Assembly: GCA_963716255.1 (NCBI GenBank)
Contig: OY970303.1
Coordinates: 704,001 to 768,000, forward strand
Length of the DNA: 64,000 bases
DNA from: an uncultured Gemmatimonadales bacterium
GTDB taxonomy: Bacteria; Gemmatimonadota; Gemmatimonadetes; Longimicrobiales; Longimicrobiaceae
Direction of reading: 5' to 3'
This document shows, in pieces, positions 30,694 through 40,574 of the stretch. Every line of letters starts with the position of its first letter. Position 1 is the stretch's first letter. Made by a program: the position numbers and the translations under genes. The notes beneath the pieces are model-generated. The model worked only from the letters and a program-made list of their open reading frames with translations. It ran no database searches and had not been told where the DNA came from.

Positions 30694-32439
30694 TCAGGAA
30701 GCCGTGGAAGGCCGCAGGTCCACGAGCTTGGCCTGCAGCCGCGACCGCCCGTTCCAGGTGTTCTCCTCCAGCTTGAACGCCACGTCCAGCGGCCCGCGCG
30801 CGAAACCCGGGTCGCCCAGCCGGTCGCCCATGCCGAAGCCGATGGCGTCCAGGGAAGTCCCCCCGGAGGAGAGCGTCATCTTGAGGTGGTTCTGCCCCAC
30901 GACCTTGGGGTAGCCCGAAACGCCGACGCCGCGCGCCGCGAACACCGGCGTGGGGTTGCCCATCCCGAACGGCCCGGCGTGGCGCAGCATGCGGAACAGC
31001 TCGTCGCCGGCCTCGGGGAGCCGCAGTTCCAGGTCGATGCGCACCTCGGGGACCAGGTCGTCCTCGGTGAGCACGGCGCGGGCGCGGGCGTTGAAGGCGG
31101 CGCGGAAGCCGTCCACCCGGTCGCGCAGGATGGAGCACCCGGCGGCGAAGCGGTGCCCGCCGAAGCGCGCCAGGTGGTCGGCGCAGTCGCGCATGGCCTC
31201 GTACAGGTGGAAGCCGCGGATGGAGCGCGCGCTCCCCTTCCCCTCCCCGGCGGCGTCCAGCGCGATGAGCACGGTGGGCCGGTGGATGCGCTCCACCACC
31301 CGCGACGCCACGATGCCGATGACGCCCGGGTGCCACCCGTCGGAGGCGAGCACCACGCCCCAGTCGCGCTCCGGGTCGTACACCCGGTCCAGAGTGCGCA
31401 TCACCTCGCCCAGCGTCTGGCCGTCCACCGCCTGGCGCGTGCGGTTCTCGGTCTCCAGCAGCGCGGCGATCTCCTCGGCCTCGGCGGGGTCGTCGGTCAG
31501 CAGCAGGTCCACGCCGCGCAGCGCCTCGCTCATGCGCCCCACGGCGTTGATGCGCGGCGCCAGCACGTAGCCCACCTGCGAGGCGGTGATCTCGCCGCGG
31601 TCGGCGAGCCCGCAGCCGCGCAGCAGGGCGCGGAGCCCCGGGTTGGGGGTCCGGGGGAGCACCTTGAGCCCCCAGCGCACCAGCGCCCGGTTCTCGCCGG
31701 AGAGCGGTGCCAGGTCGGCGATGGTGGCGACGGCCACCAGGTCCAAAAAGACGTGCAGCCGCTCCTGCGGGTAGCCGATCTCGGCGGCGAGGGCGCAGCA
31801 CACCTTGTAGGCGACGCCCACGCCGGCGAGCCCCTTGTCCGGGTAGCCGCAGTCGGCGCGGTTGGGGTTGACCACCGCGACGCAGTCGGGGAGGGTGGCC
31901 CCGGGGGTGTGGTGATCGGTGACCACCACGTCGATCCCGGCGCGCCGCGCCCGCAGCACGGCGTCGTGGGCGACGATGCCGCAGTCGCCGGTGAGGATCA
32001 GCGTGGCCCCCGCCGCGGCGGCGGCGCGGATCCCGGCGTCGGACAGGTCGTAGCCGTCCTCGATGCGGTGCGGCACGAAGGGCACCGCCCTGCCGCCCAT
32101 GGCCCGCAGCGCCCGGGTGTAGAGCGCGGTGGAGCAGATGCCGTCCACGTCGTAGTCGCCGTGCACCAGCACCGTCTCGCCCGCGGCGATGGCGCGGCGC
32201 AGGCGCGCCACGGCGTCCGCGACCCCGGCCAGCAGCTGCGGCGGGTGGATCAGCCCCGGGTGCGGCCGCAGGAACTCGCGCGCGGCGGCGGACTCGCCGT
32301 AGCCGCGCTGCGCCAGCAGGCGGCAGAGCGGCGGGGGGAGGCGGAGGTCGCCGGCGAGCCGGTCCACGGCGGCCGCGTCGGGCGCGTCGGGGAAGATCCA
32401 GCGGCGGGCGGGGAGGCGGGGCGGGGCGAGGGTCGGCAT
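30694..32439 (-). CDS. recJ: ssDNA exonuclease RecJ
   Basis: GDYDVDG, DCG, TDHH, PRINAVGR, GSARS, FGGH, PFGMGNP. Confidence 0.97.
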   Translation of the reverse strand: MPTLAPPRLPARRWIFPDAPDAAAVDRLAGDLRLPPPLCRLLAQRGYGESAAAREFLRPHPGLIHPPQLLAGVADAVARLRRAIAAGETVLVHGDYDVDGICSTALYTRALRAMGGRAVPFVPHRIEDGYDLSDAGIRAAAAAGATLILTGDCGIVAHDAVLRARRAGIDVVVTDHHTPGATLPDCVAVVNPNRADCGYPDKGLAGVGVAYKVCCALAAEIGYPQERLHVFLDLVAVATIADLAPLSGENRALVRWGLKVLPRTPNPGLRALLRGCGLADRGEITASQVGYVLAPRINAVGRMSEALRGVDLLLTDDPAEAEEIAALLETENRTRQAVDGQTLGEVMRTLDRVYDPERDWGVVLASDGWHPGVIGIVASRVVERIHRPTVLIALDAAGEGKGSARSIRGFHLYEAMRDCADHLARFGGHRFAAGCSILRDRVDGFRAAFNARARAVLTEDDLVPEVRIDLELRLPEAGDELFRMLRHAGPFGMGNPTPVFAARGVGVSGYPKVVGQNHLKMTLSSGGTSLDAIGFGMGDRLGDPGFARGPLDVAFKLEENTWNGRSRLQAKLVDLRPSTAS

Positions 32440-32656
32440 GGCTCAAAGGTATCCGGGCGGGGGACGGGGGGGCAAGCCGTGGACGCGGGGGAGATTAAAG
32501 TTCAGTTAATGAAGGACACGGTGCCGTCCGCGCCGTGTACGACACCCTCGCCATCCCTTAAATTGTTTCCATACCCTCGCTTACGCTGCCGTCCCCGGGG
32601 CTCCGCCCGGAGCCCGGGCACGAGGCCGCCGCGAACCGAACGCAGGAGCGCCCTTC

Positions 32657-33937
32657 ATGCACCAGACCCCGTTTCGGACCGCCGTCGCCGGCACGCTGCT
32701 GGGCGTGAGCCTGCTGGCGGGTGTGGACCGGGTGCTCCAGGGTCCGGCCCCGGTCTCCGCCACCCCGTCGGCGCAGGCCGCGGCGCGGGCCCGCTACGCC
32801 CCGGCCGCGGCGGCGCCGGCGAAGGCCGCGGCCCCGCGCTGGAAGGCGCCGGAGGACCCGCGCACGGTGGGGATGGACGCCGGGGCGCTGCACAGCGCGG
32901 TGGAGAGCCTGGAGGCGCAGGTGGCGCGCGAGGGTTTCCCCGGCGCAGCGCTCGCCGTGGGCCGCGGCGCCGAGCTGGCGCTGGAGGCGGGCGTCGGCAG
33001 GATCCGCTGGGACGGCGACCGGGTGAGCCCGGACTCGTCGCTGTACGACATCGCCTCGCTGACCAAGGTGGTGGCGACGACCACGGCGGCCATGCTGCTG
33101 GTGGAGGACGGCAAGCTGGAGCTGGACGCGCCGGTGTCGCGCTACCTCCCCGAGTTCAGCGGCGGCCGCAGGGACGAGGTGACGATCCGCCACCTGCTGA
33201 CGCACACCTCCGGGCTGCCGGCGGGCGCCGGGACCTGGGGGACGCGGGAGGAGGCCCGGGCGCGGCTGGTCGCCACGCCGCTGAAGTGGGCGCCGGGCGA
33301 GCGCGTGGAGTACTCGGACGTGGGCTTCGTGGTGCTGTACGCGGCGCTGGAGCGCGCGGCGGGCCGGCCGCTTCCCGAGCTGCTGCGGGACCGCGTCTTC
33401 GTGCCGCTGGGGATGGAGTCCACGACCTTTCGCCCCGGGCTGGACTGCCGGGCGTGCGCCCCCACCGCGTGGACGGGCACGGCGGAGATCGTGGGCCGTG
33501 TCCACGACCCCATCGCCGCGAAGCTGGGCGGCGAGAACGCGGGCAACGCGGGGCTCTTCACCACCGCGCGCGACCTGGGCCGCTTCGCCGCGATGCTCGC
33601 CAGCGGCGGCGAGCTGGACGGCATTCCCGTGCTGAAGGAGGCCACGGTGAAGCAGTTCACGCAGCGGCAGCCGGGCGCCGGGACGCGTGCCCTGGGGTGG
33701 GACACGCGCGACGAGCGGGGGATCGGCGCGGCGGGGCTCGCCATGTCGGCGGGGGCGTTCGGGCACACGGGGTTCACCGGCACTTCGCTGTGGGTGGACC
33801 CGGAGCGGAAGACGTGGACGGTGCTGCTCACCAACCGCACCTACGCGCCGCGGACGTCGGTCGCGATCCAGAAGGTGCGGCGGACGGTGCACGAGGACGT
33901 GGTGCAGGCGGCGGACGCGGTCGTGCTGGCGGACTGA
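32657..33937 (+). CDS. Serine hydrolase, beta-lactamase/PBP family (exported)
   Basis: SLTK (SxxK), LLTHTSG, YSD and GHTGFTGT motifs. Confidence 0.92.
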   Translation: MHQTPFRTAVAGTLLGVSLLAGVDRVLQGPAPVSATPSAQAAARARYAPAAAAPAKAAAPRWKAPEDPRTVGMDAGALHSAVESLEAQVAREGFPGAALAVGRGAELALEAGVGRIRWDGDRVSPDSSLYDIASLTKVVATTTAAMLLVEDGKLELDAPVSRYLPEFSGGRRDEVTIRHLLTHTSGLPAGAGTWGTREEARARLVATPLKWAPGERVEYSDVGFVVLYAALERAAGRPLPELLRDRVFVPLGMESTTFRPGLDCRACAPTAWTGTAEIVGRVHDPIAAKLGGENAGNAGLFTTARDLGRFAAMLASGGELDGIPVLKEATVKQFTQRQPGAGTRALGWDTRDERGIGAAGLAMSAGAFGHTGFTGTSLWVDPERKTWTVLLTNRTYAPRTSVAIQKVRRTVHEDVVQAADAVVLAD

Positions 33938-33982
33938 CGGCGATTGAGGAGTGATCCCAGAAGTGATTTGTACTGCGGGGTC

Positions 33983-34115
33983 GGGCGTGCCCCCGGCTGG
34001 CGCCGGGGTCGGGCTTCGGCTCCGTAAGCGAGCAAACTACGCTCGCTAACGGAGTCGAGCCCCGGCGGAAACAGCCCCGCCGGGTCTCGCCCCTTCGGGC
34101 CGGAATCCCTCACGC
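33983..34115 (+). repeat. Structured repeat family A, copy 6
   Basis: 45 nt after the serine hydrolase stop; followed by family C hairpins (34143-34273). Confidence 0.9.
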
Positions 34116-34292
34116 GGGGCTCGCGCTGGCGTCCGCGAGGGTCCCCACCCCGGCGCTGCGCGCCACCCCTCCCCCGCGAGCGAGGGAGGGGAGAACGGCA
34201 CGGAATCCCGCAGTTGGCCCCCTCTCCCAGAATCGGGAGAGGGTGGCGAGCCTCAAGCGAGCCGGGTGAGGGCCGTCGTCGCAGGCTGTTCC

Positions 34293-34511
34293 CTATTCCC
34301 TGTTCCCTGCCGTTTCCGGCGTGTAGCCGCGGCAGCGGAGCACGGGCAGGCGCGGGTACTTCGGGAAGGCCGGATCGACCCTGGACAGCTCGCACATGAA
34401 GAAGGTGCTCCCCTTGCCGCTGCGGACCACGCGCACGTTGGCGCAGGCGGCGCACAGGCCGGGGGAGGGCTCCGGGGGGGCGAGGTGGCGGCGCAGCGCG
34501 TCGTCGCTCAC
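34293..34511 (-). CDS. Small four-cysteine protein
   Basis: GTG overlaps the thioesterase stop; GLCAAC...FMC...FPKYPRLPVLRCRGY. Confidence 0.7.
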   Translation of the reverse strand: MSDDALRRHLAPPEPSPGLCAACANVRVVRSGKGSTFFMCELSRVDPAFPKYPRLPVLRCRGYTPETAGNRE

Positions 34512-35059
34512 CGGGGCGCCTCCGCCTCCAGGGGGATCGTCTCGTGCTCGCGGAGCGCGCGCTCGGCTTCCTGCCAGGCGGCCACCGCCGGGGGCGCCGG
34601 CGGCGAGTCGACCCGGTGCGGGGAGGCGTCCACCACCTGCTGCGTGGGGACGCGGCCCTCCGGGCCCAGGAAGAGCCCCTTCACCAGCGCGGCGGCGACC
34701 ACGTCGCCTCCGCGCTCGAAGCGCTGGTCCAGGTAGAACCAGCGCTCGTCCCAGCACAGGAGCCGCGTGCGGATGCCGAACTCCTGGAAGGGGAGGAGCG
34801 AGCGCCGGTAGCGGACTTGGAGCGAGCCGATGACCGGGTTCCAGCGGCGCCGGCGCAGCGTCCCCAGCACCCCCAAGCGGACGATCAGGTCCAGGCGCCC
34901 GAGGTCCATCAGCGTCAGGTAGCGCCCGTTGTTCATGTGCAGGTTCACGTCCAGGTCGTTGGGCCACACCCGGAAGCGGATCACGGAATCCTCCAGCGGG
35001 TGCAGCCGCGGACGCCGGAACGCCCCCAGCCCCACCCGCAGGCTGCGGAGCACGGGCAT
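34508..35059 (-). CDS. Hotdog-fold acyl-CoA thioesterase (4HBT-like)
   Basis: RVWPNDLDVNLHMNNGRYLTLMDLGR motif. Confidence 0.9.
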   Translation of the reverse strand: MPVLRSLRVGLGAFRRPRLHPLEDSVIRFRVWPNDLDVNLHMNNGRYLTLMDLGRLDLIVRLGVLGTLRRRRWNPVIGSLQVRYRRSLLPFQEFGIRTRLLCWDERWFYLDQRFERGGDVVAAALVKGLFLGPEGRVPTQQVVDASPHRVDSPPAPPAVAAWQEAERALREHETIPLEAEAPR

Positions 35060-36198
35060 CAAGGCCGGGTGCCCCGGCCCGCGGGATCCGCCGCCGCGCC
35101 GAACGGCCGCCTCCCGCGCCCCGCCGGCTCCCACGCCGCCACCACCTCGTCCCCGCGCACGCCCCACAGGCCGTCGCTCAGGTTCACCGACACGCACACG
35201 TGGTTGGGAACCACCCGCACTCGATCGCCCACGCGCGGGCGCCAGTCGGTGCCGGACAGGTCCAGCAGCCCGTGCTCCTCGGACACCGCCTTCACGGCCA
35301 CCTCCGGCCGGTCCAGCAGCGCCCCGTAGCCGCCGCCCTCTGCGCGCAGCTCCTCCTTGGCGAGCGCCTTGGAGCCCGCGTCGACCACCGCCTGCCCGGG
35401 GACGGAGGTGCTGACCACCGTGGCGAGCACCGAGTAGGCGCACTCGTCCCAGGCGCAGGCGCCCACCATGGCCGTGGTGCGGTCGTTGAACACGTTGGTG
35501 CCGGGGCGCACCTCGGTGATCCCGGCGATCTCGTGCGAGCGCCAGAAGGTGGGGGTGGACCCGCCGCTCACCACGCCCGCCGGGACTCCTGCGGCCTCCA
35601 GCGCCTCCAGGTACGCCGCCAGCCGGTCGGAGATGGCGCGCAGCGCGGGCCCCTGCCCGCCGATGGGGCCGCGGACGTGGCCGGGGTAGAACATCACCCC
35701 CCGGAACTCCAGCCCCGCGCCCTGCGCCGCGCGCGCCAGCGCGACCGCGTCCTCCGGGGCCTGCACCCCCACCCGTCCCATCCCCGCGTCCACCTCCACC
35801 AGCACGCCCACGGAGCGTCCGGCCTCGCGGGCCGCGCGCGCCAGCCCTTCCGCGGCCTCCTTTGAGTCCAGGCCAACGGAAAGGCGGACGCGCTCCGGGA
35901 GCGCCATGAGCCGCGCCAGCTTGGAGGCGCCGAAGGGCGGGTACGCCAGCAGCACGTCGTCCGCCACGGCCGCCATGACCTCCGCCTCGCGCGGCGTGGC
36001 GACGGTGACGCCCACCGCGCCGGCGCGCAGCTGCTCGGCGGCCAGCTCCGGCGTCTTGTGCGTCTTCACGTGCGGGCGCCAGGCCAGCCCGTGCGCGCGG
36101 GTGTATTCGGCCGCGCGGCGCAGGTTGGCGCGCATGCGGTCCACGTCCACCAGCGCGGCGGGCGTTTCCAGCTCTTCCAGCGACTTGGGCTCGGTCAT
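35059..36198 (-). CDS. PLP enzyme of the D-serine dehydratase (DSD1)/D-threonine aldolase family (alanine-racemase fold)
   Basis: ETPA, RPHVKTHK, RVGV, SGGSTPT, EVRPG, DAGSK, SEEHG, PNHVC. Confidence 0.9.
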   Translation of the reverse strand: MTEPKSLEELETPAALVDVDRMRANLRRAAEYTRAHGLAWRPHVKTHKTPELAAEQLRAGAVGVTVATPREAEVMAAVADDVLLAYPPFGASKLARLMALPERVRLSVGLDSKEAAEGLARAAREAGRSVGVLVEVDAGMGRVGVQAPEDAVALARAAQGAGLEFRGVMFYPGHVRGPIGGQGPALRAISDRLAAYLEALEAAGVPAGVVSGGSTPTFWRSHEIAGITEVRPGTNVFNDRTTAMVGACAWDECAYSVLATVVSTSVPGQAVVDAGSKALAKEELRAEGGGYGALLDRPEVAVKAVSEEHGLLDLSGTDWRPRVGDRVRVVPNHVCVSVNLSDGLWGVRGDEVVAAWEPAGRGRRPFGAAADPAGRGTRP

Positions 36199-36400
36199 GG
36201 TGCGGGCTCGGGGTACCCGGCGGACACGCCTCGGGAGCGACGGAAAATCGCACCCGGGGTCCGTGGCGGGCAAGCTCGGGGGCGGCCCGGCGGGGCGAAG
36301 GTACCGGCGCGCGGGACGCGCGAGAACACTTGTGACGCCGGAGCGGCACGCCTACGTTTCGGCCCACGCGACCCGCCCTTTCCCGCCAGCCGCCCCTCGC

Positions 36401-37354
36401 ATGTCCCTGATCTCCGCCTTCGGCGGACGCTACCTGGACCACTCCTTCACCACCCGCTTCGGCGCCCGGGTCCGCATCCTGGAGCGCCCCGGCCGCTGGA
36501 TGGACGCGGCCGCGCTCGCCGGCGTGGTGGAGGACCTGCGCGCCGTCGTCCGCAGCTCGCTCGCCAAGGAGGCGCTGGAGTACGGCGTGGTCACCGGCGA
36601 CCCCGACCGGCTGGACCGCGCCATCCTCACCCTCGTCTACGGCGAGGAGGACGGCCGCCCGGTGGCCTTCAACGCGCTCAGCATCATGGACTGCGAGCTG
36701 CGCGGCAGGCCCACCGAGGTGCTGCACCTGGGGCTGGTGATGGTGGACCCGGGGTACCGGTCGAGGGGACTGAGCGCCATCCTCTACGGGCTCACCAGCT
36801 TCCTGGTGTTCGCGCGGCGGCGCATGCGGCCCATGTGGATCAGCAACGTAACCCAGGTCCCCGCCATCGTGGGGATGGTGAGCGAATCGTTCGACCGCGT
36901 CTTCCCCGCCCCGGACCCCGCGAGCCGCCGCAGCTTCGACCACCTGTCGCTGGCGCGGCAGATCCTGGCCCGGCACCGCCACGTCTTCGGCGTGGGAGCG
37001 GACGCGGGGTTCGACGAGGAGCGCTTCGTCATCACCAACGCCTACACCGGCGGCTCCGACAACCTCAAGAAGACCTTCGCCGAGGCGCCCAAGCACCGCT
37101 CCCCGGCCCCCAACGAGATGTGCGAGCGGGAGCTGGACTACGCCCGCGGCGACGACTTCCTCCAGCTGGGGCAGTTCACGCTGGGGGCCGCCCGCGAGCA
37201 CTTCACCCGCTTCCGCTCCGTCCTCTCCCCCGTGGGGGTGGTGATGAACTTCGCCTTCCTCCTCCTGGACGCGCTGGTGGCGCCGCTGCTCCAGTGGTTC
37301 GATCCCTCGCGCCCGATGGGCGACCTCCGCCCCTGGAAGGAGACCCCCGCATGA
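36401..37354 (+). CDS. GNAT-fold acyltransferase-like protein (operon gene 1)
   Basis: Acyl-CoA-binding motif A-like HLGLVMVDPGYRSRGLS; ATG at 36401; stop overlaps the next ATG (ATGA). Confidence 0.72.
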   Translation: MSLISAFGGRYLDHSFTTRFGARVRILERPGRWMDAAALAGVVEDLRAVVRSSLAKEALEYGVVTGDPDRLDRAILTLVYGEEDGRPVAFNALSIMDCELRGRPTEVLHLGLVMVDPGYRSRGLSAILYGLTSFLVFARRRMRPMWISNVTQVPAIVGMVSESFDRVFPAPDPASRRSFDHLSLARQILARHRHVFGVGADAGFDEERFVITNAYTGGSDNLKKTFAEAPKHRSPAPNEMCERELDYARGDDFLQLGQFTLGAAREHFTRFRSVLSPVGVVMNFAFLLLDALVAPLLQWFDPSRPMGDLRPWKETPA

Positions 37355-38253
37355 GCACACCCGCCCCGCCGGATGCCCCGGCTTTCGACTACGCCGAGAT
37401 GACCACCCGCAACGCCGGCTTCGTGACCGACGCGGAGCAGGCCACGCTGCGCACCACCCCCGTCTTCGTCTGCGGGGTGGGCGGGATGGGCGGCGCCGCG
37501 GTGCAGGCGCTGGCGCGCGCCGGGATGGAGCGGCTGGCGATCGCGGACATGGACCGCTTCGAGGTGTCCAACCTCAACCGGCAGGTGTTCGCGGACATGG
37601 CCAACGTGGGCACCGGGAAGGTGGAGGCCACGGTGGCGAGGCTGGCCGCCATCAACCCCGGGCTGCGCCCGCGCACCTACGGCCGGGAGTGGACGGAGCG
37701 GCTGGACGAGATCCTGGCCGAGCACCGCATCGTGGTCAACGGCATGGACGACCTGGCGGCGGGGATCCACCTGTACCGCAGGGCGCGCGAGCACGGCGCC
37801 ACCGTCATCGACGCCTACACCTCGCCGCTCCCCTCCGTCACCGTGGTGCGCCCCGGCGACCCGCGGCCCGAGGAGCGGCTGGGCTTTCCCACCGTGGGCA
37901 AGCCCTGGGACGCGCTCACCCCCGCCGACGCGGACGGGTGCAAGCTGGCGGAGGCGACGTACGTGATGGTGCACTCGAGCTCGGCGGAGCACATCGACCT
38001 GGGCTTCGCCGGGGAGATGCTGGCCGGGAAGCGGAGCCGGCCCTCCTTCGCGCCGATGGTGATCCTCACCGGCAACCTGATGGCGTTCGAGGTGGTGAAG
38101 CTGGCGCTGGGCCGCCCCTCGGGGGTGGACTTCCGCGGCGCCTTCTTCAACCCGTGGACCTTCCGCACCGAGCACCCGCGCTCCGCCGCGGTGGCGTGGC
38201 TGCGCGAGCAGGTGGTGCGGCGCAAGATCCGGGAGCTGGTGAATGGAGGCTGA
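37351..38253 (+). CDS. ThiF/MoeB/E1-like adenylyltransferase (operon gene 2)
   Basis: GVGGMGG, DMDRFEVSNLNRQ, GKVE, NGMD; no CxxC zinc motifs. Confidence 0.9.
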   Translation: MSTPAPPDAPAFDYAEMTTRNAGFVTDAEQATLRTTPVFVCGVGGMGGAAVQALARAGMERLAIADMDRFEVSNLNRQVFADMANVGTGKVEATVARLAAINPGLRPRTYGREWTERLDEILAEHRIVVNGMDDLAAGIHLYRRAREHGATVIDAYTSPLPSVTVVRPGDPRPEERLGFPTVGKPWDALTPADADGCKLAEATYVMVHSSSAEHIDLGFAGEMLAGKRSRPSFAPMVILTGNLMAFEVVKLALGRPSGVDFRGAFFNPWTFRTEHPRSAAVAWLREQVVRRKIRELVNGG

Positions 38254-39472
38254 CGCCGTCGGCATCGACGTGCTGGTCACCTGGCTGGGCGCCACGGGCG
38301 CGCTCAGCTACCTGGTGCACATCGTCCGCGACCCCAGCCGCAGCCCGCTGGAGCGGCGCGCCGTGCTCCTGCTGGGGGTGCTCGCCGCGCTCCTGCTGGT
38401 GCGCGGCTTCGCCTGGCTGCGCATGGACGACGCCCTGCTGCGGCGCGCGACCTTCGCGGCGGCCACCCTGCTCCCGCTGGCGATGCTGCTGTTCGTGGAG
38501 GGGCTGCTGCGCCGGCACCTCCCGCTCCCCGCCAAGCTGCTGGCCGCGGGGAGCAGCATGCTCTTCTTCGCGCTCAACCTGACGCCGGAAGCGGTCCGCG
38601 CCCCGGCGATCTCCCGCGCCTTCCCGGTGGCGCTGGTGGGCGTGATGGCGATGCTCGGCGCCTTCCTCCTGGCGCGCCGCCGCGACACCCTGTCGCCCAC
38701 CGAGAACCGCCTGGTCGCCGGGTGCCTGCTGGCGGTGCTCGCGGGGCTCCCGCTCGCCGCGAGCGACTTCCGGCTGGAGCTGGGATTTCCCTCGCAGCGC
38801 TGGGGCGCCGTGGGCGTGCTGCTCTTCGTCTACACGCTCACGCGCATGGCCCGCGCGCCGGAGGGAGCCGGCGGCGCGGCGTCCGACTTCGGGTGGATCG
38901 CCGCGAAGGCGCTGCTGCTCGCCACGCTGGCGGCGCTGCTCTGGCCCGGCGGGGTCGCGGCCTGGGGACGCGCCCTGCCGCTGGCCGTGGCGCTGGTGCT
39001 GCTGTTCGCGGTGTGGGAGCGCCTGCGCGCCCTGGGCGCCGCCGAGGGCGAGGCGGGGCTGCTGCGCTGGCTGGCGCGCGCCCCCACCGACTCGCTGGAC
39101 GCCTTCGCCGCCTGGCTCCGCCGCTACCCGCTCACCGAGCAGCACCTGATCCTGGGTCCCGACGAGCTGCGCGCCTACCGCGCGGCGAGCCTGGCGCTCC
39201 TCTTCGGGGGCGGCTCCGCGCTCTGCTCGGCGGCGCGGCTGCGGCGGATGGGCCCCGGCGCGCCGCGCGAGGAGCTGGACGCGGCCGAGCAGATGGCGGA
39301 CGTGCTGGAGCGCTACGAGATGACGCACGCCTGCCTGCTGGGCGCCGAGCCGCTGCGGCTCCTGCTGGTGCACCTCCCGGAGATCACCGGGAACCGCGAC
39401 GCGGAGCTGGAGCTGGAGGTGATCGGCCACCAGGCGAGCCTGGCCCTGGCGCGGGAGACGGCGCGTGCTTGA
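38243..39472 (+). CDS. Polytopic membrane protein with soluble C-terminal tail (operon gene 3)
   Basis: About 8 hydrophobic segments, then a ~140-aa polar domain; overlaps both neighbours. Confidence 0.75.
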   Translation: MEADAVGIDVLVTWLGATGALSYLVHIVRDPSRSPLERRAVLLLGVLAALLLVRGFAWLRMDDALLRRATFAAATLLPLAMLLFVEGLLRRHLPLPAKLLAAGSSMLFFALNLTPEAVRAPAISRAFPVALVGVMAMLGAFLLARRRDTLSPTENRLVAGCLLAVLAGLPLAASDFRLELGFPSQRWGAVGVLLFVYTLTRMARAPEGAGGAASDFGWIAAKALLLATLAALLWPGGVAAWGRALPLAVALVLLFAVWERLRALGAAEGEAGLLRWLARAPTDSLDAFAAWLRRYPLTEQHLILGPDELRAYRAASLALLFGGGSALCSAARLRRMGPGAPREELDAAEQMADVLERYEMTHACLLGAEPLRLLLVHLPEITGNRDAELELEVIGHQASLALARETARA

Positions 39473-40574
39473 GCTCCGCGACGACGACTTCGAGGCGTTC
39501 TTCCAGGTCCCTTTCCTCGTCTACCCGCGCTCGTCGCCCTACGTGTCCCCCATGAAGGCGGACGTGGAGCGCTTCCTGCGCGTGGACGCGAACCCGCTGT
39601 GGAAGCACGAGGGGGCGCGCCGCGTGCTCACCGCGCACCGCGGCGGCGCGCCCGTGGGGCGCATCGTGGCGCACGTGCACCACGCCTCCAACCGGCGGCA
39701 CGGCTGGCGGCGCGGCTACTTCGGCTTCCTGGACTGCGCGGACGACACGGAGGTCGCGGCGCTCCTCCTGGGCGAGGCCGAGTCGTTCGCGCGCTCGCAC
39801 GGCTGCGACGAGCTGATGGGCAACTTCAACCTCACCGCCATGCAGCAGGTGGGGGTGGTCACCGGCGGCTTCGACGCGGCGCCCTACACCGACCAGCACT
39901 TCAACCCGCCGCACGTCCCCCGCCTGCTGGAAGCCTGCGGCTACGCCCCGGAGTTTCCCATGAGCACCTGGGAGGTGGACCTGCGCGGGTTCGACCCCGA
40001 CACGCTTCTGGGCGACGCGGCGCGCGAGCGCCTGGCGGACCCCTCGCTCCGCTGGGAAACGCTGCGCGCCCGCGACTTCGGCCGCGTCCTGGGCGACATC
40101 CGCGTGGTCCTCAACGACGGCTTCGACCGCAACCCCATGTTCGTCCCGCTCACGCCCCAGGAGATGGAGTTCCAGGCAAAGGACATGGCCACCATCCTGG
40201 ACCCGCGCATCGCCGCGCTCGTCCACGACGGCGAGGGCCCGGCGGGGACGGTGGTCTGCATCCCCGACCTCAACCCGCTCCTCCGGGCCATGAAGTCCCG
40301 CTACGGGCTGCTCGCCCCCTGGCACTTCCTGCGCTTCCGGCTGGCGCGCAGGCGCGCCGTCATCATCCTGTACTCGGTGGCGTCGCGGATGCAGGGGCGC
40401 GGCCTCAACGCGGCCATGCTCTTCCGCGTCACCACGGCGCTCAGGGCGGCGGGGTACACGCACCTGGGGATCACCTGGATCGCCGACGTGAACCAGGCCA
40501 GCCTGCGCCAGGTGCAGAAGATGGGCGCGCGGCGGCTGCACCGAGTGCACCTGTTCCGCAGGGCGCTCGCGTGA
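39465..40574 (+). CDS. YghO-like tandem GNAT N-acyltransferase (operon gene 4)
   Basis: NPLW, VGRIVA, GYFGFLDC, NPP, PDLN, QGRGL, TWI motifs as in the YghO-like family. Confidence 0.82.
   Translation: MLELRDDDFEAFFQVPFLVYPRSSPYVSPMKADVERFLRVDANPLWKHEGARRVLTAHRGGAPVGRIVAHVHHASNRRHGWRRGYFGFLDCADDTEVAALLLGEAESFARSHGCDELMGNFNLTAMQQVGVVTGGFDAAPYTDQHFNPPHVPRLLEACGYAPEFPMSTWEVDLRGFDPDTLLGDAARERLADPSLRWETLRARDFGRVLGDIRVVLNDGFDRNPMFVPLTPQEMEFQAKDMATILDPRIAALVHDGEGPAGTVVCIPDLNPLLRAMKSRYGLLAPWHFLRFRLARRRAVIILYSVASRMQGRGLNAAMLFRVTTALRAAGYTHLGITWIADVNQASLRQVQKMGARRLHRVHLFRRALA

Noticed and set aside
32657..33937. The serine hydrolase as an antibiotic-resistance beta-lactamase
   Set aside because: The motifs fit the broad esterase/PBP-like serine hydrolase family, and nothing specifically indicates a class A or C beta-lactamase.
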